A stretch of DNA of 63,002 bases, counting the filler, from Octopus bimaculoides (lineage: Eukaryota), in NCBI RefSeq assembly GCF_001194135.2. It is 5 parts of 4 records of this genome, joined end to end, with 100 filler letters (N's around TTAATTAATTAA, not from the genome) between each part and the next. Parts side by side here need not be neighbours in the genome. Positions count along the whole stretch, not along the records: positions 1 to 28,128 come from NC_068996.1; positions 28,229 to 44,071 come from NC_068995.1; 3 more parts are not named here. One strand, 5' to 3'. Under the pieces are notes generated by a model. The model was not told the DNA's origin. It worked only from the letters and a program-made list of their open reading frames with translations, and ran no database searches. The first letter of the stretch is position 1. Each line of letters opens with the position of its first letter. The position numbers and the translations under genes are program-made. Below are positions 21,445-35,377 of the stretch, one piece after another.

Positions 21445-23165
21445 AGGCGGTAAGCTGGCAGAATCGTTACCGTATGGCGCAGGAGTGGCTGTGTGATAAG
21501 TAGCTTGCTTACCAACCATATGGTTCCGGGTTCAGTCCCACTGCGTGGCACCTGGGGCAAGTGTCTTTTACTATAGCCTCAGGCCGACCAAAGCCTTGTG
21601 AGTGAATTTGATAGACGGAAACTGAAAGAAGCCCGTCGTATATATATATATACTAGCAGAAATACCCGGCTTTGCCCGGGTTAAAGATAATAATGAAATC
21701 TAAATACGCCGTCTAGACTACGCAACCCTCAACTGTTAGTAGCTACGATACCATATTTCTANNNNNNNNNNNNNNNNNNNNNNNNNNNNNNNNNNNNNNN
21801 NNNNNNNNNNNNNNNNNNNNNNNNNNNNNNNNNNNNNNNNNNNNNNNNNNNNNNNNNNNNNNNNNNNNNNNNNNNNNNNNNNNNNNNNNNNNNNNNNNNN
21901 NNNNNNNNNNNNNNNNNNNNNNNNNNNNNNNNNNNNNNNNNNNNNNNNNNNNNNNNNNNNNNNNNNNNNNNNNNNNNNNNNNNNNNNNNNNNNNNNNNNN
22001 NNNNNNNNNNNNNNNNNNNNNNNNNNNNNNNNNNNNNNNNNNNNNNNNNNNNNNNNNNNNNNNNNNNNNNNNNNNNNNNNNNNNNNNNNNNNNNNNNNNN
22101 NNNNNNNNNNNNNNNNNNNNNNNNNNNNNNNNNNNNNNNNNNNNNNNNNNNNNNNNNNNNNNNNNNNNNNNNNNNNNNNNNNNNNNNNNNNNNNNNNNNN
22201 NNNNNNNNNNNNNNNNNNNNNNNNNNNNNNNNNNNNNNNNNNNNNNNNNNNNNNNNNNNNNNNNNNNNNNNNNNNNNNNNNNNNNNNNNNNNNNNNNNNN
22301 NNNNNNNNNNNNNNNNNNNNNNNNNNNNNNNNNNNNNNNNNNNNNNNNNNNNNNNNNNNNNNNNNNNNNNNNNNNNNNNNNNNNNNNNNNNNNNNNNNNN
22401 NNNNNNNNNNNNNNNNNNNNNNNNNNNNNNNNNNNNNNNNNNNNNNNNNNNNNNNNNNNNNNNNNNNNNNNNNNNNNNNNNNNNNNNNNNNNNNNNNNNN
22501 NNNNNNNNNNNNNNNNNNNNNNNNNNNNNNNNNNNNNNNNNNNNNNNNNNNNNNNNNNNNNNNNNNNNNNNNNNNNNNNNNNNNNNNNNNNNNNNNNNNN
22601 NNNNNNNNNNNNNNNNNNNNNNNNNNNNNNNNNNNNNNNNNNNNNNNNNNNNNNNNNNNNNNNNNNNNNNNNNNNNNNNNNNNNNNNGAAGTTAATAATT
22701 TTTTTTGACATATATATATGTGTGTGTGTATATATATGTATGTGTGTGTTTATGTTTGTGTGTCTGTGTTTGTCCCCCAACATCGCTTGACAACCGATGC
22801 TGGTGTGTTTACGTGCCCGTAAGTTAGCGGTTCGGCAAAAGAGACCGATACAATAAGTACTAGGCTTCCAAAGAATAAGTCCTGGGGTCGATTTGCTCGA
22901 CTAAAGGCGGTGCTCCAGCATGGCCGCAGTCAAATGACTGAAACAAGTAAAAGAGTAAAAGAGAGAGAGAGTGTACGGTGCGCAATGCTTAGCGCCATTT
23001 CGTACGCCTTTAAGTTCCGAGTTCAAATTGCGCCGAGGTCGACTTTGCCTTTCATCCTTCCTGGATCGATAAATTAAGTATCAGCTGAGTACTGGGTGGG
23101 ATCGATGTAATCGACTTACCTCCTCCTCCTCCGAAATTACTGGCCTCGTGCCGAAATTTGAACTA
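21445..23165 (+). mobile_element. nested cluster: SINE B (21445-21470 + 22972-23165) containing SINE A (21476-21650 + 22710-22971), which contains a Helitron-like insert
   Basis: The B head stops at GAATCGTTAC and resumes as ..GCAATGCTTAGCG after the A tail. The 5' and 3' halves of A flank 21651-22709, most of which is N gap. Confidence 0.75.
21651..21761 (+). mobile_element. end of a non-autonomous Helitron-like element inserted in a (TA)n tract
   Basis: TACTAGCAGAAATACCCGGCTTTGCCCGGG: a CTAG plus a short CCCGG..CCGGG hairpin directly after the TA repeat, as in invertebrate non-autonomous Helitron-type elements. The rest is lost in the gap. Confidence 0.5.
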
Positions 23166-23386
23166 AATATTATTACAGGTTAAGATCGATTTGAATTCAG
23201 GGAATGTTATGCAATGTAGCTGTTTGTAAAACATCGGCCATGCAACATTCAAACGACAGATTTATCACTGAAAAAATTTTCAACAAAAAGTGTTTTCATT
23301 TGTGTTGGGGGTGGGTGGAGGTGTTATGTCTTTCTGTAATATGTCTGTCTTATTTTGTAACACACTCTTTATTATACATGACATTA

Positions 23387-23602
23387 AGGTGGTGAGCTGG
23401 CAGAATCGTTAGCACGCCGGGCGAAATGCTTAGCGGGATTTCGCCCGTTGTTACGTTCTGAGCTCAAATTCCGCCGAGGTCGACTTTTGCCAATTATTCT
23501 TTCGTAGTCGATAAATTAAGTATCGGTGAAACCCTGGGATCGATGTCATCTACTATTCCCCATCCCCAAATTTCAGGCCTTGTGCCTATAGTAGAAAGAA
23601 TT
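23387..23602 (+). mobile_element. SINE family B
   Basis: Full head and core match the other B copies. Confidence 0.85.
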
Positions 23603-25612
23603 ATATATGACATCGTGAACTGAGATCGAGAGAGTTTTAAACGCGTTTTCGCCCAATACATTCTTTTACTTGTTTTTTCACTTTCTTTTTTCCCCTCTTT
23701 CTTTAACGTTGTAGTATTTCGTACTATATCGATGTGGATGACGGTTTGTGAATGGTTTCAGGCTAGAATGGCTGTAATAAACTTATTTAAATTATAGCGT
23801 TGTTTTAATTTGTTTATACATATACATCAATAAATATTTTATATTCATTCGATTTTATCTTTATAAATGCACCCGATCGAATGCTGTTGTTTTTTTTTAA
23901 TTTTATTTTCAGCATCTCGATATTCTTATTAACAGCTTCTTGTTTCTGTCCTCTAATTTCATTCGAAGATCAGAAACGTGAAACTCGGAGTCAAGAAACT
24001 TGTTATTTCAAGCATATTCATCAATTAAACATTTTATATTTATTTGATTTTACCTTTATAAATACAACCAATCAAATTCAGCGTCAAAAACTGTGAACTT
24101 TCAACTTGTAAGCATGTGTTTATTTCATCAGTTGGTGTCCAATTATATAAACAAGATGTAGATACATGCAGCTAAAAAATACAGGCAGTGGCGTATATAT
24201 ACATACATATATACTTACGTCTACACGTGAATGCATGCCAGCATACATGTACTGAAACATATATGCATACATGCATACATACAAAAGTATAGATATACAT
24301 ACATGCAGCATATTTACATGAATATATACATATATACATGCATACATGCATACATACATACATGCATTCATGCATGCATGCGTGTGTCCGTGTTTGTGTG
24401 TATGTGTGTGTATGTGTGTGTGTTTCTGTTTGTGTAGTTGCATATGTGTGTGTGTGTAGCTGCATGTGTGTGGCTGCATGTGTGTGTGTGTGTAGTTGCA
24501 TGTGCGTGCGCGCGTGAGTTGGAAAATGTCATCCTGTTTAATCTTTGATGTATATACGAGATCAAACTGGAATCCTAAAATTGGTAACAGCATCATAGAC
24601 AAATACTGCTCATTATCATAGCAGCAGAAAAGAAACATAAAGTAAATAAGACCATGTTTTCATAAGTTACAATAATAATCTTCATTTAAACCACGCCCAC
24701 CAAGGAATACATTACCGCCTCTCACGAAATTATTTTGACCAATCGGAAACTCACTGTTTGAGTCGTACCTTTGTTTCTGTCGGCAGTCATGATCAGCATG
24801 ACTCAAAAACATATCTTACAATTGATATTTATATCTTCTCTTACAGGAAATGACAGAAACAAGAAATAAAAGACGCCCTTTTCTTCAGATAAATGATATT
24901 ATATAATCAGTTTTTTAAAAAAAACATCTACAAAAAAAAAGTAATAGCTGGAGCACAAGAACAGTGACCATCAAATTCGGAGCCAGCGGCCATCAGTCCA
25001 GAAATAACAGACGTAGCTTGATGTAATTAACATGCTCAATGGCGTGTCCTACAGTGTTCTCTTTTGATACTAAGATACTTGTACAAAAGACAATTAGCCA
25101 AACAGTAGAATTCCCCACGCAGGAAATAATGAATGTTCACAATACAAGCAATGCTGGACACTTTAGTATATCGTACGATGTCTTCGCTTCACTACGTCTT
25201 TACTTAATAGAAACAACAGCTTACAGAATCCTACTTCAGTTACAGTACTCGAGGAAATTCGGCATTTATTTTTGAAAACTATAAAATGGCTGGAAATTTA
25301 TCGAGAACCATAGATGTATAATTTCTTATAAAATTATATTTATTTTTTTCTGAAAAATTGATTCTTGAAATGTTGTAATATTTCAAAAAGTATTGAGTGA
25401 GTAGTTACAAGTGAGAACATCTTTCGAAGAAGTTATATTCTTTGTTATTCATTCGCTACCGCTTCTACTTCGAGAGTTGTTATCGATAAATTTCACTTTA
25501 CATCAAGAAATAAACAACCTTAACTATGGAATGACATTGCTGGCACTCTATATTATTTTGCTATTGTGCAACTACGTTTGTAAAGCTTCAGCAAATCGCA
25601 GGCGTGGCTGTA

Positions 25613-26280
<668 letters not shown>

Positions 26281-26355
26281 ACATAGCTGTTACACGCAAG
26301 CGAGTTCGTTCTAGTAACATATACGTGTGTGTGCGCGCATGTGCATATAATGTGC

Positions 26356-26413
<58 letters not shown>

Positions 26414-27080
26414 CAGAGAGAAAGTGGGGGAGAAAGAGAGAGAGAAAGTGGGGGAGAAAGAGAGAGAGAAAGTGGGGCAGAGAGAGAGAAGCTTAATGTA
26501 CGTAAAATGAAGGTGATCTTCATAATTTTGGTTTCGACTCCATGGACANNNNNNNNNNNNNNNNNNNNNNNNNNNNNNNNNNNNNNNNNNNNNNNNNNNN
26601 NNNNNNNNNNNNNNNNNNNNNNNNNNNNNNNNNNNNNNNNNNNNNNNNNNNNNNNNNNNNNNNNNNNNNNNNNNNNNNNNNNNNNNNNNNNNNNNNNNNN
26701 NNNNNNNNNNNNNNNNNNNNNNNNNNNNNNNNNNNNNNNNNNNNNNNNNNNNNNNNNNNNNNNNNNNNNNNNNNNNNNNNNNNNNNNNNNNNNNNNNNNN
26801 NNNNNNNNNNNNNNNNNNNNNNNNNNNNNNNNNNNNNNNNNNNNNNNNNNNNNNNNNNNNNNNNNNNNNNNNNNNNNNNNNNNNNNNNNNNNNNNNNNNN
26901 NNNNNNNNNNNNNNNNNNNNNNNNNNNNNNNNNNNNNNNNNNNNNNNNNNNNNNNNNNNNNNNNNNNNNNNNNNNNNNNNNNNNNNNNNNNNNNNNNNNN
27001 NNNNNNNNNNNNNNNNNNNNNNNNNNNNNNNNNNNNNNNNNNNNNNNNNNNNNNNNNNNNNNNNNNNNNNNNNNNNNNNN

Positions 27081-27187
27081 AAGAAGAAGAAGAAGAAGAA
27101 GAAGAAGAAGAAGAAAAGAAGAAGAAGAAGAAGAAGAAGAAGAAGAAGAAGAAGAAGAAAAGAAGAAGAAGAAGAAAAGAAGAAGAA

Positions 27188-27234
<47 letters not shown>

Positions 27235-27236
27235 TT
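27081..27236. repeat. (GAA)n microsatellite
   Basis: Direct reading; a second array lies at ~36080-36168. Confidence 0.95.
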
Positions 27237-28085
27237 ATCATAATCATCATGATCATCATCAGGATTTGAATTTGCATTTAAACTTTAATCCAATTCTTTC
27301 AGCAAACCAAAGTGATCTGGGATAACTGAAAGAAAAAAAAAAAGAAAAACGCTGGTCTCCCCTGCAAATTGCTTCTTACTGTATTTATAATAAACGTTAA
27401 TTAAAATTTCAGAGTTGTTTCACCTTGAATTTTTTTTTTAATAATTTTTTTATTTACTAAATTTATTTATTCAAATAATGAATTGTTCTTACGGGTATCA
27501 CATAGAGATTATCTTAAATCAAAATTAGTTCGCTTCTACTTCAAATATGTTAATACCCATTTTACTTAAGTTTTCACGCAGCAGGTGTCTTTCGATTTTC
27601 CCAGTTATTTTACCAATTAAATGCGCCACCTAGTGTTAAGTCATGGAACACTTATATCATTCTTAGTCATTCTTAAGATCTTGCAGTTACTTTGAGACCA
27701 TGCTTTACCGAGAAGGTTTACTAAAACATATCTGGATTTGACCCCGAGTTACTAAAGATCAAACTCCTTCTTCATTGAATTCCAAATTTAATTTATCTTA
27801 ATTAATGAAATATGAAATCAAAGGCATCCAGTACACTGAATCCTAGTTTATAAAATATAAGTATTACATAATATGGCGTAGAATTAATCTGAAATTCCAC
27901 AAACTTTGCGTGTGAGAGTTACTTTTGATTAAACAGACATCGGTATTGGAGGGCCATCGAAGACCATTAACGTTGCCTGTTCACCCAGAACCCAGCAAAT
28001 AAAAAGGTGCATGTGTTGTGTGTGTGTGTGTCTGTGTGTGTGTACGTGTGTGTCTGTGTGTGTACTAATATTTTTATATACACAC

Positions 28086-28128
<43 letters not shown>

Positions 28129-28228
28129 NNNNNNNNNNNNNNNNNNNNNNNNNNNNNNNNNNNNNNNNNNNNTTAATTAATTAANNNNNNNNNNNNNNNN
28201 NNNNNNNNNNNNNNNNNNNNNNNNNNNN
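28129..28228. other. assembly spacer N44-TTAATTAATTAA-N44 (also 44072-44171, 54866-54965, 61713-61812)
   Basis: The same 100-nt construct occurs four times, and the 12-mer puts stops in all six frames. This is an artificial gap marker. Confidence 0.95.
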
Positions 28229-28273
<45 letters not shown>

Positions 28274-28750
28274 GAATGTTTCAGACGTAGCATTTCTGGC
28301 ATACAGTTGTCGATGAGTGTCAATCTCTATCTGTCTTTCTCTTTTTCTGTTTTCTTTCCCTTTTTATTCATCCCTGCTTTGCGCTTTGTATTTTCGTCTG
28401 TCTAAGTATCAAGTTATCGATCTGTCTTGGGAAGTGTCTTCGTATGCGTAATATGAATTGTATATGTATGTCCATAGTTGTTATCATTCGTGTTTTAAAT
28501 GTGGTTCTATTGATAATTTGATAATACTCCAACCCATCTTTACTTTATATATATATGTATGTATGTATGTATATATTTATGTGTATATTTATGTGTATAT
28601 ACATATATNNNNNNNNNNNNNNNNNNNNNNNNNNNNNNNNNNNNNNNNNNNNNNNNNNNNNNNNNNNNNNNNNNNNNNNNNNNNNNNNNNNNNNNNNNNN
28701 NNNNNNNNNNNNNNNNNNNNNNNNNNNNNNNNNNNNNNNNNNNNNNNNNN

Positions 28751-28806
<56 letters not shown>

Positions 28807-29649
28807 CATATCTATATATCTATCGATTGGTCTATGTATATCCAAATAACTTCTAATAATTTGATATTAAATGCAGAAATAGCTGTTCTCGTTCATGTGA
28901 AAATGCATCAGTGAGAAATATCTGCCAACCCAATGTTTACACTTATATGAGAGCATAAACAGCCACAAAAGAAACTCATTAAATTTAAATCCAAATGCAG
29001 TAACTCTTTTCCTCCCTTAATAAGGCCTCCCGAGAAGAGACACACAACAAACTTTTACGCAGTAATCTGCGGACTTAAGGAATCGGACAACAATATCAAC
29101 TGGAATACCCTTTCTGGAATACTGGAATACTGAAATACTGGAATACTGGAATATCAACTGGAATACCCTTTCTTAACCCAGACATTATATTATATGATTA
29201 AAAAGATATTCCTTTGGCTAGTTTGAAAAAGTTTATCTTCTAAAGACCTAAGAGCCTTCAGGGGCAATATAAATACCTACCGCGAAATTTTCTCATCATG
29301 TCCACATGTTAGAAAGTATATTTTAGCAGGGTTTAAAGACAGAGCACCAGACAGACCATAATCCATTCCAATGTTGGCTTACGAAATTTTTGCTTTTCGT
29401 ATGCACCTGGCTATATTTAATATTTAGTGAATTATCTCCACCACCACCACCACCTGATTACTCTGTGTTTCTTTTATCAGACTGCCCGTGCTCATTTACA
29501 CATCGCTTACCTGAAACATAGCTATTGAACCACTTTGTTAACATTAACAGCTTGCAAAATGGTGCAATAAATTTAATATTCTGGCCAGGAACCCTTCATA
29601 ACTGAATTTCACAAGGTTTCTTTCTTTTTTCTCATTAATATTAGTATCT

Positions 29650-31395
29650 TTACTCACTAAACACATCGGGCGCTATACAACTTCTTGAAATTTATACCAC
29701 ACGGATATGCACATGATTTTTCAAGGGAAAGGAGCCATGGTGGAGATGTTGTATACATCCGTGAAGACCACACACCCAAAGCCTTACTGTCATACTCAAA
29801 TTCAGTATGTGACACTCTAATCGTATACATAAGACAAGACAACATAGTCATATACAATGCATATCGCCCACTGGATGCTCCCAACCACATAGGCAAGTTT
29901 GCAGATTGCCTCAGAAGAATTAAAGAAATCCTCGTGAAACGGGAACAACGCGTGAGCATATTTCTTATAGGTGATTTCAACTTCCCCAATGCCAAATGGC
30001 CCGAAGGCCTCATGCACTCAGGAATGACTCACTGCAAGCAAGCACAGGTGCAGTTCCTGCTCAACCTCACCAATGCCCTGTTCATGAAGCAAGTTGTGCT
30101 CGGACCAACTAGGGCGAATAGCATTTTGGATCTCTGCTTCACAAACAATATGGACATCGTTCATGATGTGAAAGTGACGCCGACATTAGTTTCGGATCAC
30201 AACATAATAGAGTTGTCCATGTATGGACCAAAAGCACCCAATCTGAACTTCCACAGAGCAGACTGGAAATCGATCCATAAAGAGATCCTCAGACAGGACT
30301 AGCCAAAATGTCTCTCCACACCAGCCATTGGCTAGAATATTTCATGTCTGTTATGCAAAGCATATGCCAGAAATATGCCCCAGAGTACGAGGCCAACACA
30401 AAAAGGAACAAAATTCCAAGGGAGAGGAAGATCCTCATGAGAAGACGGACGAAGGTTGCAAATCGCTTGAACCAATATTTCAAAAGTAGTGAAAGGTCCC
30501 ACCTAAAAACAACAATATGAGGGAGAGAGCAGACAGAGAGACCTGGATTATAAAAATCATTAAGTCAAACCCAAAGGCATTCTTTCATTATGCCAAAGAA
30601 GCAGCCTCAGTACGCTGCAAGATAGGACCCCTCTTCCAAAAGGATGGCTCCCTCACAGATATTCCAACCAGGATCAATGAGGTACTGAATGACCAATTCA
30701 AAAGTATCTTTACCACCCCGTTGAAACACAGACAAGTGGACGAACCAGTGGATTTCTTTGCCGCCTCACCTATAACCAGTGAGGCAGTTACAATGGATTT
30801 CATCGACATTAGTGAAGAAGATTTACTACTAGCCATAGATGAGGTGGATGCAAAATCAACTGCTAGTCCTGATGGTTTCCCCGCAATCTTCCTTAAATCG
30901 TGTAAGCGTGCCCTGGCGAAACCACTACAGATTCTCTTCAAGAGCTCTCTTGCAAATGGCAGGCTACCAAGCAAGATGAAGGAGGGAATAATATGCCCAA
31001 TCCATAAAGGAGGAAGCAGAGCAGATGCCAAAAGCTATAGGCCTATCTCTCTGACTTCACACATCAGCAAAGTCATGGAACGGATAGTCAGAGGGAATCT
31101 ATTCGCATTCATTGAAGAAAACGACTTGCTGAGTGGTATCTAGCATGACTTTCGACCAGATAGGAGATGCCTGACGCAAAAGGTTTTGATAAAGTGGATC
31201 AAGGTATGACATGCCACAAACTGCGTGATCTCGGCATAGCTGGAAAACTTGGAGAGTAGTTACATGACTTTCTGAAAGATAGAAGTCAGGCAGTAGTGAC
31301 CAATGGAGTTACCTCAAAGGAAATACAAATAGTGAGCGGTGCTGCACAGGGCACTGTCTTGGGACCACTGCTTTTCATAGTGGCCCTCTCAAATA
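29650..31395 (+). pseudogene. CR1-like LINE ORF2 (APE endonuclease plus N-terminal RT), with stops and frameshifts
   Basis: APE motifs (SHGG...YIR, YNAYRP, IGDFNFP, PTR..SILDLCFTN, SDHNII) and RT motifs (SPDGFP, ICPIHKGG, YRPISLTSHISKVMERIV, QGTVLGPLLF). Confidence 0.93.
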
Positions 31396-31685
31396 TGCTT
31401 GAAGGTTGCCCGGATAGCCAGTTTGACATTAGTCATAGCAGGCATTTCCTCTTTGAATTCAGGTGTAATAGGGTCTGGAAGTACATATATTCTGTTCTTG
31501 GAGTTCATTGTCTGAGTTGACAAATGACGTTCTCTTAAAGTGTCCTTTTAATTACTTTCAATGATATATTGATATAGCACATAGCATAGGAAACAAATGG
31601 TTATTTTGTTTAGTTGGCTTATATGGTCTACTCTAGTTCCATCACCTTCTACTCCACCGTCACGACACACACACACATACATACG

Positions 31686-31745
<60 letters not shown>

Positions 31746-31900
31746 CAACGGGCTTCTTTCAGTTTCCGTTTACCAAATCCACACACAAGCCTTTGGTCGG
31801 TCTTAGCCTATAGTAGTAGAAGACACTAACTCAAGCTGCCACGCAGTAGGACTAGAACCGGAACTTTGTGGTTTGGAAGCAAACTTCTTACCACAGAGTC
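31746..31900 (-). mobile_element. SINE family A 5' half
   Basis: Reverse complement of the A head. Confidence 0.75.
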
Positions 31901-32208
31901 ACATTTTCTTTCAAATTGGTAGATGTCTTTCCTAATCAAGACTGAAAACTTACTAATTAGAATGTCACCTGTTGTAATTGAGTATTTCAAACACTCTACA
32001 CAAACGTCCAACAGGCAGTAGATGTCATCTGAAACGCATTCCAATCGATTGCCTTTGCTCATGCTCAATTATATATTTTTCTTTTACATCATTTCCATAA
32101 TACATACCTAAACGCAGTCACACACGTACACCTACAGCCATGTATATGTATCAGTTTAATACCTGGGAAAATGTGTGTACACATACATATGTGTGTGTGT
32201 GTGTGTGT

Positions 32209-32605
32209 GTGGCTGTGTGGTAAGTAGCTTGATTACCAACCACATGGTTCCGGGTTCATGCCCACTGCGTGGCACCTTGGGCAAGTGTCTTCTATAATAG
32301 TCTCGGGCCGACCAAAGCCTTGTGAGTGGATTTGGTAGACAGAAACTGAAAGAAGCCCGTCGTATATATGTATATATGTATGTTTGTGTATATGTTTGTG
32401 TGTCTGTGTTTTTCCCCCCAACATCGCTTGACAACCGATGGTGGGGTGTTTGCGTCCCCGTAACTTAGCGGTTCGGCCAAAGAAACCGATAGAATAAGTG
32501 CTAGGCTTCCAAAGAATAAGTCCTGGGGTCGATTTGCTCGACTAAAGGCGGTGCTCCAGATTTGCCGCAGTCAAATGACTAAAACAAATAAAAGAGTAAA
32601 AAGAG
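32209..32605 (+). mobile_element. SINE family A, near full length
   Basis: A box TGGCTGTGTGG and B-box-like GGTTCATGCC, internal microsatellite, AAAAGAG tail. Confidence 0.9.
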
Positions 32606-32704
32606 ATATATAAATGTGTATGTATGTGTATGTATGTATGTATGTATGTATGTATGNNNNNNNNNNGTATGTATGTATGTATGTATGTATGTATGTGTAT
32701 AAAT

Positions 32705-32900
32705 ATCAGGTCGTTCTTATGTGCCACAGGTAACATGTAACCCAGTACAGCCTGTTGCATGGTCGGGTCGTCGGCGACTAAACCGCCAGCCCTACCAAGC
32801 TTACTTTGTGAGGAGAGTGACTGATGGACATCCTGCGGGATAAAAAAAACAAGACCCGTCAAAGGGCGGAAGAACTCAGAAGAGTCAACGGCCATCCAAT
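32705..32900 (+). repeat. possible LINE (RTE) 5'-UTR-like segment
   Basis: GC-richer block (GTAACCCAGTAC...GGTCGGGTCGTCGGCGACTAAAC...CAAGACCCGTCAAAGGGCGGAAG) just upstream, across a gap, of the RTE endonuclease region; resemblance is from memory only. Confidence 0.3.
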
Positions 32901-32934
32901 AAAGTATGTAAAATTGTGTGAGTGTATTTTGTGT

Positions 32935-32993
<59 letters not shown>

Positions 32994-33709
32994 NNNNNNN
33001 NNNNNNNNNNNNNNNNNNNNNNNNNNNNNNNNNNNNNNNNNNNNNNNNNNNNNNNNNNNNNNNNNNNNNNNNNNNNNNNNNNNNNNNNNNNNNNNNNNNN
33101 NNNNNNNNNNNNNNNNNNNNNNNNNNNNNNNNNNNNNNNNNNNNNNNNNNNNNNNNNNNNNNNNNNNNNNNNNNNNNNNNNNNNNNNNNNNNNNNNNNNN
33201 NNNNNNNNNNNNNNNNNNNNNNNNNNNNNNNNNNNNNNNNNNNNNNNNNNNNNNNNNNNNNNNNNNNNNNNNNNNNNNNNNNNNNNNNNNNNNNNNNNNN
33301 NNNNNNNNNNNNNNNNNNTAGTCTTGGATGACAAACTATCTAGGAGAAGGATACTCCGAAATTAAACCTGCAGTCTCAAAGAGCATCCATTGATGAGGAT
33401 CTATTCCTCTTTATGGGTTATGCTTTTGGTACTTAGAGAGTGGGATTTGGTGAGAGCAAGATCTCACCTCACTTTAAAAAGTTTCTGGTACCGGTATTGC
33501 TTGAGCAAATTTTGCTGAAGTTACACGAGCTCAATGAATGGGGATAGTCATATCCCGAAAAAAGGCTTAAATACAATTATGAGATCCATAAACTATGAAA
33601 ATGTAAATGGCAAAAAGGGCTTGGGATTCAGAGGTCTGGTCTGGCAGGTGTCCCAAGGTTTCGCAGCCTGGGTTCGGTCATCATCCTGCTACTGCGTGCA
33701 GCATCAACA

Positions 33710-34265
33710 GAAAAGTTTCCATGAATATTGGATGCTGGAATGTAAGAATGTTAATAGATTCAGAATCAAATAAAAAATACCCAGAGAGATGGTCTGCTCT
33801 TATTGGTAAGGAGGCACAGAAGTATGCAATGGACATTGTAGCATTATCAGAGACTAGATTTCTTGGGTAAGCTAACTTTACTATGAAATTCAGTGGCTAC
33901 ACATTTTATTGGAGTGGGAAAGAAGAAAAAGAAAATTGCAAAAAAGAAAGTGGTGTTGCTTTTGCTCTGAAGACTTCCTTGGTTGATAAGTTAGAGGAAT
34001 TGCCATACAGTGCAAACGATAGAATGATATTGCTGAGGTTGCCTTTAAAAAAAAGGTCGGTATGTAACAGTTGTTAGTGTTTATGCACCAACTATGAATG
34101 CAAGTGAAAATGAAAAGCTCTCCTTTTATGATGTGTTGAAAGAAAATATCCGCAAAATTCCACACGAGGATAAGATTATCATATTGGGCGATTTTAATGC
34201 TAGAGTTGGCAAAGATCACGAGACATGGGGGCGTGATTGGAAGACACGGAGTGGGAAATTGTAAC
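33710..34265 (+). pseudogene. RTE-clade LINE, N-terminal APE endonuclease, disrupted
   Basis: IGCWNVR, DIVALSETR, GYTFYWSG, SGVAF, VSVYAPT and IILGDFNARVG across frameshifted ORFs. Confidence 0.92.
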
Positions 34266-34983
34266 AGCAAAGTGAGTGGGTGAGTGAGTGAGTGAGTGAG
34301 TGAGTGAAAGAGGGGTGACTAGTGTAGGATCGATAGATAGATAGATACATAGATGTACCAATTCGGTGATTGGTATGTTCTAATATGTCTCCTGTGTGGG
34401 AGTACAGGAATATAACACTTTCAGGAGTAAAAAACTCTTGATTAAACACTCGTTCAGATGCAATTTCCGTTAGAATTGTTGAAATGAAAGGCGCTAAACA
34501 ATCTAAGAAGACAGACAACAACCCGAACATCAACAACTCAACAACACATAAGTACAACAACAACAACAACAAGAGCTACATAAACAGCTTCAACAACATC
34601 GATAACATCAACAAGATGAATATCACCTGTATAAACAACACAACTGCACAAACAACAGGAATGGTAAGCGGTACCTCTGAATTGTAATGGTAAATGAGAA
34701 TAAATGAATGAATGACTGAATGAATGAATGAATGAACCATTGACTTTTTTATTTGCAATTTGAAAAGGGAATTCGATAAAAAGAAATTATAAAAAAAAAC
34801 TGCAAAGACAACAGAATTGTATAAGTGTTGACAATGGTGTTATTGAGGTAACTTGGAAGAGAAAGAAATCGAGATAAATTAAATGAAATTAGCTAAACGA
34901 CACATGACATGGATGAATAATGTGAGGGAAAAGGGTTGTCTCAGTGTGTGTGAATATGCGTACATGTGTATGAGCGTGTGTGA

Positions 34984-35371
34984 GGAGCGGCAGTGTGGTA
35001 AAAGGCTTGCTTCCTAAACACATGGTTCTGGGTTCAATCTGACTGTATGGCGCCTTCAGCAAGTGTTTACTACAGCCTCGGGCCGACCAAAGCCTTGTGA
35101 GTGCATTTGGTAGACGGAAACTGAAAGTAGCCCTCGTATGTGTGTGTGTGTGTGTGTGTGCATGTATATATTTGTGTGTCTGTGTTTGTCCCCATCATCG
35201 CTTGACAACCGATGTTGGTGAGTTTACATACCTGTAACTAAGCGGTTCGGAAAAAGAGACCGATAGAATAAGTACCAGGCTTACAAAGAATACATTCTGG
35301 AGTCGATTTACTCGACTAAAGGTGGGGCTCCAGCATGGCCGCAGTCAAATGACTGAAACAAGAATAAAAGA
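34984..35371 (+). mobile_element. SINE family A (older, diverged)
   Basis: Colinear with the 32209 copy. Confidence 0.82.
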
Positions 35372-35377
35372 ATATAT

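Noticed and set aside
28173-28184. Recurrent TTAATTAATTAA motif (4 copies) as a biological element
   Set aside because: It is always centred in exactly 44+44 Ns, so it is an assembly spacer.
29092-29173. Direct repeats AATATCAACTGGAATACCCTTTCT flanking 8-mers (CRISPR-like look)
   Set aside because: There are only two repeats, the spacer is itself made of GGAATACT units, and the context is eukaryotic; this is a slippage duplication.
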